64,000 nucleotides of DNA from Chrysomallon squamiferum (lineage: Eukaryota; Animalia; Mollusca): NCBI GenBank assembly GCA_012295275.1, contig CM022666.1:8928001-8992000 (forward strand), read 5' to 3'. This document shows positions 45,801 through 58,123 of this stretch, piece after piece. A program made the translations under genes and the position numbers. The notes beneath the pieces were generated by a model. The model worked only from the letters and a program-made list of their open reading frames with translations. It searched no databases and had not been told where the DNA came from. Numbering within the stretch: position 1 is the stretch's first letter; every line of letters starts with the position of its first letter.

Positions 45801-48800
45801 GATAGCACCAAGATAACCTTCATGTCGTAAATACATAGCCTGAATTTCACCCTGAAACATCAAAACACAACACAGTTAACACATTCCTTATTAATGTAAT
45901 ATAATTGCTGAGGTTTTAATATATTTTAGTTTGTTGTTGTTTTAGAGAGTTTTTGGAGTGTCAACAGACAGAGAGAGATAGAGACAGATACATTGACAGC
46001 AAGAGAGAGAGAGTTATAGAAGATTTTTGATCATAGAATATCAATTTTCATCTTTGATTACCACGTAATTTTTCATGTAATAGTAGTGTTTATAAATATG
46101 TACTTACTCATTATATCTACCTTTTATCAGTAGTTAATGTGTATGTTATGGTAAATATATAATTATACAAATATACAAATATATAAATACTGATAATGAA
46201 TGGCATACATGTCATATCTGACTTTGACTAGTAGTTAATGATTTGTCTTTTAGTAAATATATAAATATTAATTATATCTAACTTTGACAAGTAGTTAATG
46301 CTGTATATTACAGTAAAGACATATAAATATATTATTTATATCTCATTCCTGATCAGTATTCAGCTGATGGTTAATACATCAGAGTAAATAAATAAATATA
46401 CTAATTATATCTCACTTTTGACCAGTAGTTAATTGCGTATGTTATGGTGTGCATAGTAAATGGATGTCCACGTATGAAATATCCGCCAAAGTAAATTTTT
46501 TTAAGACCATGTATCTTGGCATGAAGAAAAGCAATTTGACCAATGTCATTGCTGATACAGAGTAGCAGACTTCGTGCAATGTCTTCCTCACTGAAAACTT
46601 TGTCCTGAAAAACAAATTCAATATGAAAATAATTTTAAAATTGTCATTCTTTCAGCTGTTACTAATAAAATGTACATACACAGACATTGTGTATTTAATG
46701 TTAGCATATCAATACAAAAGAAGCAAAAAGACATTTTCTCTGTATAGAAGCATAAATACAAGAAAGTAATTTAAGTCATGATGTTCAGTTTTTCTTAATA
46801 ATAAAGTATGAAACAAACAAGTAAAATGGAAGCATCACAGAAAACATTTTTTGTTATTTCTTAAAGTCTTATGATATGACACAGAAATGTAAAACAACCT
46901 CTGATAGAAATACCAAGCTCATTTGACATTTTATCAAAACAATCTGTTATAATTCAATTTTAAAATAAAGGTAAATGTCAGAGGTGCTATATAAGTATTA
47001 CTAATGCCTACATTGTCTTTAGAAGACCTGGCTGCTTTTCCAAAGCTGCTGGCTATGACATCACCTGATAAACCAATCAGTGGATATGAACCACCATAAA
47101 TATCCTTGACCAACATGTCACATGACCTGTGGTCGCCTCTAGATGCCAGCTCCAGCAGCTCATCAAAAGTCTATAATAAAAAAATATATAATTTTTTAAA
47201 AAGGTTAAGTACTAAATAATGTAAATAAAATATACAAAACATACTCCTTACTTGTGCTCTTTCATTCACATACATGTGCACACAAATAGACACCCAAACA
47301 CACGTACACATACATGCATAAACAGAGAGCCAGCCAATTCATACATACCACACACATGTAACAGTGAACAAAAATACACTTGCAAAAACAGACACACCCA
47401 CACACACACATATATATACTCTTAAACAAATACCCAGCATAAACATACAAAAACCAAACATACACATATACACACACACACACACATAAAACTGATAGTG
47501 ACACACTAACATACATACCCTGGCTGAAGTCAGTAGAGAACCCAAACCCCAGAAAGTTCCTCCCCCAGTTGAGGTACCACCAATTCTTTCAAACTTGTTC
47601 TCCGACTCAACCTGCAATATACAAATATCTCAATAGTTTATTTGTTTTATACAAATATGCAAGCATATGCAAGTGTATTTGTCATGGCTATGTGATTTTT
47701 ATAAGTTAATATAAGATTTGTTCTCAAAACAGCACAATGGTAGTGAATACATATTTAGCCTGTTTTCATTATTACAAATAAACAAGGCAAAACACTGACT
47801 TCAGTGTGCTTTTTCATATGTAAATGCAAAATCAACAAAAACAAAAATTAGGGGTGACAGCAGCTCAAAGGTTAGAGCAAAGATGTAAAATGTGATAGTA
47901 ATGGAATCAGTCCTCCTCAGATCAACACTAACAGTATTTCCCATTCCATCCCTGTGAATGGATTATTAAAGTTGTGAAGTGTGCTTTCATATCCATGATT
48001 TTTGTTTTGTGCTTATCAAAAAAAAAAAAAACAAATAAACAACAAAAACAGAGAGTAAACAATTGAATTGTGACACCAGCTTTCCTTTCTAATTATCTGT
48101 AAGATACTAACCAGATGTAAGTATGACACACAGTTATAAAGCACTGATTGAATATGTTTTCAGTGTATTATTAAACTGTACCTTTATTATGTATTCTACC
48201 TTTAGTAAACAAAAATCTTTAGAGAAAATTGGATTTAGTCATGACTACAAGGTGGAAGTAGTGAGATATTTTTAAACCATTCTTGTTTATTGTTATACAT
48301 CTTTATTAGTCAAGAGCAGATGGCTAAAGATCATGACTTTGGAGTAAGCAAAATATATTCATTAATTAATGATTGGACAGAAAAACAAAATAAAAAATAT
48401 TTAAAAGAAAGAGAAAGAGATAATGAAAAAGAAAAAATCTTTATTAATCAAGACAAAAGATCATGACTTTGGAGTAAGCAAAATATATTCATTAATTAAA
48501 GACTAGACAGCAAAAAAACACACAAATAAAACATAACCTGTAAGTATATTTAGACTAGTTATTTATATTACAAAAGCTACACTGTTGAATATACTTAGAC
48601 CAGTCACTTACATTACTGAAGGTACAAGTAGGTACAAACTATAAGTTAAAAACAGAACTCTACCTTTATCAAGCTAACTCCTGATCCTATATTTACTAGG
48701 AGATATGGAAATATGTCAGGATCAGTGCCCTGAAACTGGTATTCGGGGTTGCCATGACGCTGGTAATTGAAGGCTTCATCAGGAATATTTCTCAGAAGAA

Positions 48801-50427
48801 AGTTGCAGCCTTTAATGAGACAAGCCATTTCATCTTCTTTGTCCACACTGGAGAAAGAGGAATCTAAATTTTACTAGATTCTAAACAACTTTTTAGTGTA
48901 TCAGTTTCTTAAACTTACTTGTGCTCAATGAACAAATTGTTTAAATAAATTATACACATTTCAATATAAATAGAGAAACCAAACTTAGCTGTTAAAAAAC
49001 TAATGAAATAATGAAATGATGAATCAGTGAGATTCAGAAAACCATAATTTTTACTTTTTATGATAGTGTTTCATAAATAGAGATATAAAAAATTTATTTA
49101 GAAACCTCTTTTGTGAACAAGCGAATAACTGCACCTTTTTGGTATGCTCCAGCTATGTTACTAACTTATACTTTTTATATGTCTTTTTAAAAATTAACAT
49201 AATGAGGAAGAGAAGTTCTTTGTGGATTCTTAAAGTCTTGTTTCTGTTATTGTAACAGCATATTACCATCATAATTTGTCACATATGAAAAAAAAAAGAG
49301 TAAAAATTAAGTATCTGTAATAAAAAAATTAAAATCAAAAAAACTATTTTTATTGAAAATAGTGATTAAAATAATAAAAACTTTTCGTTATTTAAAATTA
49401 TAATATTTAAAGAAACTCACCCAACACCCAGTTTTGATGTAATGAGATCTTTGTATTTATAAGCTCCGCCTCCAGTCACTTTGATACATTTGTCCTTCAT
49501 GAAGTCTGGTTTTAACTGGATGAGATTTTTCTGTACAAAGTCTAGACAAGTTTCTATGTATTTCGTTTCAAACTTCACAAAATGAAGTCTGATGATGACT
49601 TCTTCAGTTTCTGATATATTGTAAATATGATCAGGATCATCATTCTGAAATAACATTAACTATAATAATAACAATAACCATAACATAATAATAATAAGGG
49701 TAATAAACAAATAATAATAAAAATTACAGTAATAATGTATTGTAATAATAATAACAACAGTGAACACTGACACACAGGTATATATACACATAGGTAGACA
49801 GACAGAAAGACAGGCAGTCGGGCAAGTAATTAAGCAGACAAGTAGACACAGAGAAATACATATAGGTAGATAAAAATGTTCATCAAAGGATGCAGCTGCA
49901 TTATCTTAGTAACAACATTATCTATTCTTGCTGTTCTATGGTTGTTAATATTTTCTGAATATTCCTGTAAAAAACACCCAAGCCTTTATTTTATTATTTT
50001 ACTTACTTCTTCATCAAAAACAAGAGATGTTCTTCTTTGAATTGCCGAGCAGTAAGCCAATTTAGCAAGAGAACCTCCTGGTATAAAAGAAACAGTATTT
50101 CTAATCAATGTAATTTAAACTGTTGAATACAGACTCATCTTCCATTGTTTCCATCATTTTATTATTGAATTTAATTATTATTATTATTTTATATTTATTT
50201 TTTAAACAGTTTAAGACTTAATTTATAGAATATTTTTTTATCCATGTTATACAATTATTATTTGTGCTTTATATAATTCCAGTAGGTGCTTCAAGTGAAA
50301 TTTGTTTTTAAAAAAGTAAAATAAATTATATTTTACCAATGTCAAGTGCAAAACGTCGAGCAGTCTTTAAATTAGGAAAGAAATTTTCTGATGGTAACTC
50401 AATTGTTCTGGCATAATTTTTTGCCAT
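39862..50427 (-). CDS. PANK4: Pantothenate kinase 4 (type II PanK domain fused to a DUF89/ARMT1-like 4'-phosphopantetheine phosphatase), ~771 aa; exons 50427-50337, 50077-50007, 49644-49421, 48847-48664, 47611-47519, 47170-47012, 46604-46416, 45851-45770, 45362-45262, 44116-43961, 43231-43119, 42663-42576, 42181-41977, 41627-41470, 40904-40735, 40093-39862
   Basis: Kinase domain: [69 protein letters not shown]. Phosphatase domain: [39 protein letters not shown]. Continuous 2316 nt spliced frame. Confidence 0.96.
42255..42410. repeat. Intronic ~26-30 bp tandem repeat (about 5 units)
   Basis: Repeated TGT(G)TTTATTCCTAGCAATT(T/C) units in a PANK4 intron. Confidence 0.7.
43260..43625. repeat. 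Intronic degenerate repeat array
   Basis: ATTACTTGTAGGAAAGATGTATATTT x2, TGTAACTTACTCAAAAACACTGCCACTTATTC x2 and related (A/T)CTTACTCA units. Confidence 0.65.
46108..46450. repeat. Degenerate copies of the PANK4 exon-7 3' end and donor junction
   Basis: ATATCT(C/A/G)AC(T)TTTGAC(C/T/A)AGTAGTTAAT-like units at ~46113, 46214, 46275 and 46339, plus the true junction at ~46407-46450. Confidence 0.7.
47851..48177 (+). mobile_element. Decayed tRNA-derived SINE remnant in a PANK4 intron
   Basis: 5' GGGGTGACAGCAGCTCAAAGGTTAGAGC resembles a tRNA head/A-box, followed by a decayed B-box-like segment. The ~330 bp body ends ...TGTTTTCAGTGTATTATTAAAC, similar to gastropod SINE tails as I recall them. Family not verified. 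Confidence 0.5.
48326..48499. repeat. Direct repeat, 44 bp x2, 130 bp apart
   Basis: AAAGATCATGACTTTGGAGTAAGCAAAATATATTCATTAATTAA at ~48326 and ~48456. Confidence 0.8.
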
Positions 50428-50661
50428 TATTGACTGCTGTTGTTATCCAGTTCTAACTAAAGACTCATTCTCATCACAAAGATTGTTGTCTTCTCAAAAC
50501 AAAATTAAAACACTTTCTTCTTTTTACAAGGTTTCTGTAACAAAAATATAATCATTATATTGGTTTATGTGATTACAACCGATTGAGCTAGGACTACATT
50601 ATGACTAAAACTTAAAACATCCAATGTTATTTAACTCTCCACCCTTTAAGTTTATTTTAAA

Positions 50662-50700
<39 letters not shown>

Positions 50701-51862
50701 TATGTAATTCAGTGTGAATACGGTGTTATTCAGTTTTTGCAGTAAAACATTTATAAATATTTACATGATTCAGAATGTATATAAGTAAAATAATAATAAT
50801 AATAAAAATAATAATAACAGTAATAATTTTTTTTTTTAAATTGTTAATTATATTCACTTATTTATTTGATGAATTGGAGATATTTGATATGATTAATAAT
50901 AACTCATATCAGAATTAAACTGAGCTGCTGAAACTCATTTTCTTTATTCAGTTATTTGTTTTATATCGTGTTTGTTATCCGTGGCATCGTAACATTAATC
51001 TATAAAACGTATTAAGTACTGCTGGAATGTTGTAGAGCGGTATGGAACTTCAAAAATTACAAAATACGTATTTCTTTTATTATTCATGTATATAATGATG
51101 TTACATATTATTGTAAATTTATTTCACGTTATCGTCCAAAAACTAATTATTTTTTTTCTTTTGTTTTATTTCGAAACATACTGAATAATTAAATTCATAC
51201 ATTAAAATCCAATGAATGTGAAGATAAATATCTTGGCTTCTTTTCGGTTAGTTTATGTATATCATCTGTCCCATTTTGTAATACTAATAACTAATGGCTG
51301 ACGTCGAAATAATGACAGCCGTCCCAAATAAGTAATTGCCAGTTTGTACGATCGTTTTAAGTCATCGCATCTGGAATTGTAATTCTGTTTTGCTTATTTC
51401 ATCTTAAATGCAACCGCAGGTTCGTTCCATTGTTGTTGTTTTCTATGGACCTTTGAACCCTTGACTGATACCTAATCCGTTTTACGTGAAATTACCGATA
51501 AAATAAAACACAAGGAAATATTTATCACTAGTACCAAACCATGTGCTATTAAGGTACGAAATAGCCTATATTTATGTTCTCGAATCCTGACTGACTTGAA
51601 GCCAGTCAACGAACGTCACATTTGTAATAAAATACAAATAAACCTTGTTGTATATCGATTTTAATATTTAAATATTTAGAAATATTTATATTATTTACTT
51701 TTATTAAATATCATTCGTTTTTTGTATCATTAGTTTCTTGTATTTCCAGAATAAATTTAATAAAAACTTCGAATAATAATAATAAAATAAAAGAAAATCT
51801 TACCGCGCGAAGATCTAGCCGTTCAAACCTCGCGTAACAGTCATATTATAACACTAAATTAA

Positions 51863-51895
<33 letters not shown>

Positions 51896-52255
51896 TAAAA
51901 GACAACTGACAAAAATCGATCAATAAATATAAAATTTGATTCTTCTGCTTCCCAGACGAGAACCCAAGCTGTCACCACTCGCGCAGCAAACTTTAACACT
52001 AAAGGAAATTATATATGTTTTATTATTATTATTATTAAAAAATAAAGCACAAAAAAACCCACATTGCCAACCTCACCCCGTAAAAAAAAAAAAAAAAAAA
52101 AAAAAAACAAAAAAATAAATAAATATTTACAAATCTATTTTCGAAATTCAATAAAATAAATGAAAATCTGAATATTGTTTTGCCCAAATCAACCCAACGA
52201 CTAATAATAATGTTAGTGATAATAACAGTAAAATTATGGTATTAAAGGGAGGTGG

Positions 52256-52305
<50 letters not shown>

Positions 52306-54615
52306 AATAAAGTACCTTATAACGAATCTAACTGGTTCCAGAGCCTCGTTCGTTGTAGGGTTCTTTCATTATATGGTCCATTCAAATAAATGTTATAAGT
52401 GGTAATAGGTGCCAGGCCCCCAAATATATCCTGTTAGAAATGACAAATATTTTTGAATAGTGAACTAACTATATAATCGTAGATTCAAAGAATATCACTT
52501 TATCTTACTTTACTGTTGTTGAGCTTGTTGGAAAGGAGGCAGAGGAGATGGGAAGGGGAGAATTACTGAGAAGAGAATGAAGAAGAGCTATCATCCTTCA
52601 TAGCCCTCTTTGGTGACTGTCCTACAGGCATTTCGTCTGTATTTCTGGACCTTATAAAAGTGGACACTCAGTGTGTCATTAAAAATATTAAGGCACCAAC
52701 ATCAGATGATATTCCTTAACAATTTTGGAAAGTTTATTCTAGCATAAAGCATATTTCAATTCTTCGGCTGGAACAACATAGCTTTGTTCCTTGTCCTCAT
52801 CCTCCCCGACTCTTCAGAAATATTCTTCCGTGTTCGTTGTGCGTTCGTTTTGGGGTTCTGAGATTCATAGGTAAAACCGCCCGTTATAGGAATATTCGTA
52901 GTATAATCCACTGGTTATAGGATACTCCACTGTAATAATAATAATAATATTATTATTATTATTACTGAGAAGATGCTGACGGAGGACGATCTACGAACGT
53001 GGCCACTATTGTTTGGAATTATTTGTTATAATTATTATTATTTTATTATAATTTTATTTGTTTATTTATTTATTTTGTTATTATTTAATCTATGGGTGCA
53101 TTTCTTTACTTGTAAATTCAATATATAATAACTTGTTCTAACTGAATATGCTTCTTTAAAAAGAAAAATAATATTTAAAAAACAACAAAAAACGGGGGGG
53201 GGGAAAGAAACGAAGGGACGTAACTCTGAAGCGTTTTATATGCAGCAATATATTTAGTGGACGAACAATATATTCTGCCAAATATTTAAAACTGTTTTAT
53301 TGTGCTGCATGATCATACCTATTGAAACTGAAAATAAGAAATTTTACCCGAACTTTTTAGCTGTTCCCTGTTTTATTTATTTATTTATTTATTTATTTTA
53401 TTTATTTATTTATTAATGAAATGATATTTCTGAGATCTTCCAAAATTTGTTAACTTTTCATCAGTGTCATTGTTTGATGGGGACAGCAGTTATCCAGTAA
53501 GTGCCCTTTTTACAGAGTAGTTCCTCTTTGTAGCTGAATATTTAAAAAAATATTCATTAATATTTACATTAATATTCATTAATGTCGATTTGAAGCTGAG
53601 CATTTTAAAGAGGAAACTCACCATCATGAGATAATTTTAATACTTATATTTTTTAACAATCTGCCTCTGGCATAATTTATTTTATTATTATTACATCATC
53701 ATCAGGAGCAGCAGCACTGATGTTATTTAAAACACTAGAATTTGCTATAAAACTGTTGCTGAATTTTCATGTTTCCATTTATTTTATCAAATTATCCCAT
53801 TCACCATAAAAAATTCATTTATTAAATGATTTAAGATATATGTATGTAGTCACATACTGTTATTTATTTCATTTTATTTATTACTAATATTACTTAATAC
53901 AAATTTCTCCATGACTCAAGTGAGACCTAATACATATTAATCTTTGTTTCTGAAATAATTTAGCTCATTTCAGTTATGGTTTAATTTCAAAGTCTATAAA
54001 GATTTTGCCAAGTGTTAACGTTTTTTTTATTTTGTTATATTTATTTTATTTATTTATTTTTTTTAAACTTTGTTTTTGTTTTTCACTTTTCTTCTTAATA
54101 TTAGCGTGTTTGATTTTAAACTGACTTTCAGTCATTTTTAGTTCATATTATTTTCTGTCATATAACCAGTGCACTAATAAAGATAGTATATTTGAATTCT
54201 GTAGAGTTGCTTATGAAAGACCTTTCACTTTTGTTCAATAAAAACAATCCATACAGCAAATGTCTGCTTCAGTATCATAATGGAAAAAAAAAAAAAATTA
54301 ATAATAATAATAATTTTAAAAAACTGTATCACTAAATAGTATCTCATTAATATTAAAATTACCTTTGATACAAAAAACACAACAAACACAGCTAATGGCA
54401 AAAAAAATGTAATTTTCAAATACTGATTGTACAATTTACAAATGAAACCAATGACCTTCACCCAAGGGTAAATGTCCCTAACCACTGAGCTTCAATGAAA
54501 ATCAGATAAAGGACAAATCTTTTGAAGGTCAATACACCTTATCAAAGATGAAATATAAATTACATCAAAAACTCTATAACTTCTATTGTGAATTGAATTA
54601 ACACAGAGTTCAGCA

Positions 54616-54659
<44 letters not shown>

Positions 54660-55172
54660 CATTTAACAAAGGAATGTTGATTTTTTTGTTAATTGTTACT
54701 ATTACACAAAGGCATGAAAACTATTTTAAACAAGAAATAATAATATTAAATACAACAGTAACACAGGATATGAATGACAGAAGATTAAATGGAAGTCCTG
54801 AATAGTTAATTAAGTGAAAAATCAGTGTCATTAGTAACAATGGACAGTAATTGTTAACTTTAATAAAATATTGTTGTATATAAATGTATGTATGTATGTA
54901 TATATTTATGAGTGTGTTTACATGCACACACACATATACAGTGTACAGGGACATATGTTTATATTATCATTTATTTGTATACATGTATACATACAAACCA
55001 AATTAAGTACATTATAAAAAAAAAATTAATTTAAAAAAAATTATTTTTCTTGATCTACAAACAAATAATAATAATAATAAATAAATAAATAAATAAAATA
55101 AAATAAAATTTTGCAATACTTTAATCACTAATGATAGAAATATCAATATGTATTTGACTAAATGAAAAATAA

Positions 55173-55296
55173 AAAAATTGACAATTTCTAACATGTTTAC
55201 ATCACTGTAAAATTTAAATTATCATTAATAATTTAAAAATTGACAATTTCTAACATGTTTACATCACTGTAAAATTTAAATTATCATTAATAATTT
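55173..55296. repeat. Tandem duplication, 62 bp x2
   Basis: AAAATTGACAATTTCTAACATGTTTACATCACTGTAAAATTTAAATTATCATTAATAATTTA is repeated directly. Confidence 0.85.
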
Positions 55297-58088
55297 ACAA
55301 ATTAACAACTATGTATTTAACTGTAAACAATATATTACCGTATTAGATTTACCCCAAAAATTAAACTGTAAATAATTTACTACAAGGTTAACCTTAATTT
55401 TAATTTAATATACTAGTGTCAATACACATGTAAATTTTTCTTACTATTACAATAAAATGAACTATAAATGCAAACTGTACATGTAATTGTTGTAAATAAA
55501 AAGCATTAACAAAAATAGTAATGACTGTAATAGTATTAATATTAATAACTATTAAGTAAAAATATTAAAAATATTATTATTGTCACTAATAATAATAAAA
55601 AATAAGGATTATAAATGTAATGGTAAATTCATTAATTACTCTAATAGTTATACCAAAAATTTAATGTTAGTAATAATGTTAATAATAATAACAATATTTT
55701 CAGTCGCAACTTGTAATAGTATTGTAATAATTATGATAATAAAAAACAAAGGTAATAATTACACAAAAATGTAACAACAGTAGGTAAAAACATTTTTTTA
55801 TGATTTGTTTTCTGATAATATTGCACAATATTTATTTACTAGAATCAATCAATCTAACTGGGCATGTAAATCTCTCTCTAGCACTTCCTTGACACAAAAT
55901 AAATTGCACGGCATATTTCAATAAACATAACTTAAAAACGAAATGGTGGCAGTGGACACAAACAATATACATAAATTCTTTAAATACTTTAAAAAAAAAT
56001 GATTGTTATTATTTCATTTTTGAGTGTACATGGTGTGTTAATCTAACAAAAAGCCTATTTATATTTTGTGTGTACAGTAACAGCTTTATTTCTTCCTCGA
56101 ATAGCTGTTTATTAGTTATTCTTAAACTTTAAGAGAGCCTTAATTAAGGCTGGAAACTTTCAAGTAATAATTATATTTATGCCATGACACCAACCTTTGC
56201 TACTAATAAAGTTTGATCATATAACATCCCCAATAATAATTTATTTTTGAACTGTACCTGTAATGGTTTGGTTAAACAAAAATAAAGGATGGACAAAAAT
56301 CAAAGTAATTATTTTATCCACTACTGGAGAGGAAGATAATATAACACTGGAAAAATTCCTTTTTGTATTTATCTCTATTTGAAAAAAAAAAATTTAATTA
56401 TTTTGATTTACTTATTTATTTATTTATTTTTACATTTGTTTGTTTTTTTAAATTGTTATTACTATAATTATTTTTAATGTCATGAGTCAGATAGGAAAAT
56501 TGTAGATTCTCTGAGTATTTGCAGATATGTAACTTTTCTTAGCTTATTAATAGTAAGGGCTGGTTTCCACAGACTAATAAATAAATCATTAAATTATTCA
56601 TATTTTTTTTTTTTTTAAATATGAATTTTAGCTATTTATTAGGACCACCAACATGTACACTTAAAAAGGCAAAAATTAACCGGCATGCCATGAAAGCAAA
56701 CAAAAGTAATAAAGTACAGCAATTTAAGACAACATGAAACTTTTTAAAAGTTAAAAATTCCAAATGAAGCTTTTCAAACTGTATGAATAGCTTTGGTAAT
56801 TAATTTGTGAAAGAAAACACAAAAAGATAAAACTTTTATGTACAGGAGAAAAACAACACAAGAAAGCAAAATTACCCACATAAACTGTTTTAAAAAATAA
56901 TAATAACAATCTGTTCTTAATAAGAAATGAAAGGAAAAAAAGCTGACAGAATCATAGTGAACTTTCACTCCGTAACAAGATTTACAAATAGCTAGTTGAT
57001 TGATGAATTAAACTTTAAAAAAAAATTAAATAAAATTAAATAAAACACAAAACTGATGAATATTTGTATGAATGTTTATCAGTGTAACTATCTGATAGTT
57101 AATAAATACGGGTAAAAACACAAATATGTAATTAATTAACACACACACACACACGTGGCTGAACAGTTAATAAATAATATTTTATAAATTCGAATCTATC
57201 TCATTTAGTGGAGAGAAAAAAATGTATAGCACTGTTCTTTTATTTACTATAAATCTGAGTATTTTGTCCTTGGTAGGTATATATATATATAGGTAGGTAG
57301 ATAGATAGATAGATATGGGAAAAAGGTAAAACAAATAAAACAGAGATCCAGACATGGAAAGCATACATACCAGGGAAAGGGGTAAGTTAGAACCAGACTA
57401 ATTCAGTAATCTTGTAATAAGAAAATATTAAAATCTTCATATTAAATGATTAATAATACTTCAAATTGTGAGTCAGTAAATGAAAAACAAAGTTAATATC
57501 AACAACAATTAAAAAAATCTAACTTCCAAAACTGACTGGAATTCATTCATTCTGAATAATAAATGAATTCATAAATAAATGTGTGATATTAAAGCATACA
57601 TAATTCAGTGTTATGACAAATTCAATGAAATCACCACAATCACAAAACTGAAAAAAAAAAAAAATATATATATATAATTTAAAAATTAAGCACTTTTAGA
57701 ACACATATTTTTATTTATTTATATTGGCCATTACTTCAACTTATTTACAATGAACTGTGGTTCTGCTTTATTTATTTATAATGAATTCTAGTTCAGCTTT
57801 ATTTACAAAATAGTTCAATATTATTTATTTATTTATTTAATATTGGACATTACTTTAATTATTTAATTACTGACTATCAAGTTAAAATCATCCTGTTTAT
57901 TAATTAACATAAACAAAATTACATTCAAAGTGACAAAAATATGGGCATGTATAAATATTTTTTACAATCTTGGATCACATTTTTCTGATGTAAATTCAAA
58001 GTTTGTGCATGTTGTCAAAAATTTCAAAATGGATTTATATGAGTTTACAAAAAATATTAATAAAAATAATTTTAGAACATAGAGAAAA

Positions 58089-58123
<35 letters not shown>

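Noticed and set aside
47851-47925. Possible tRNA gene
   Set aside because: No cloverleaf or intact B-box; better explained as a decayed SINE head.
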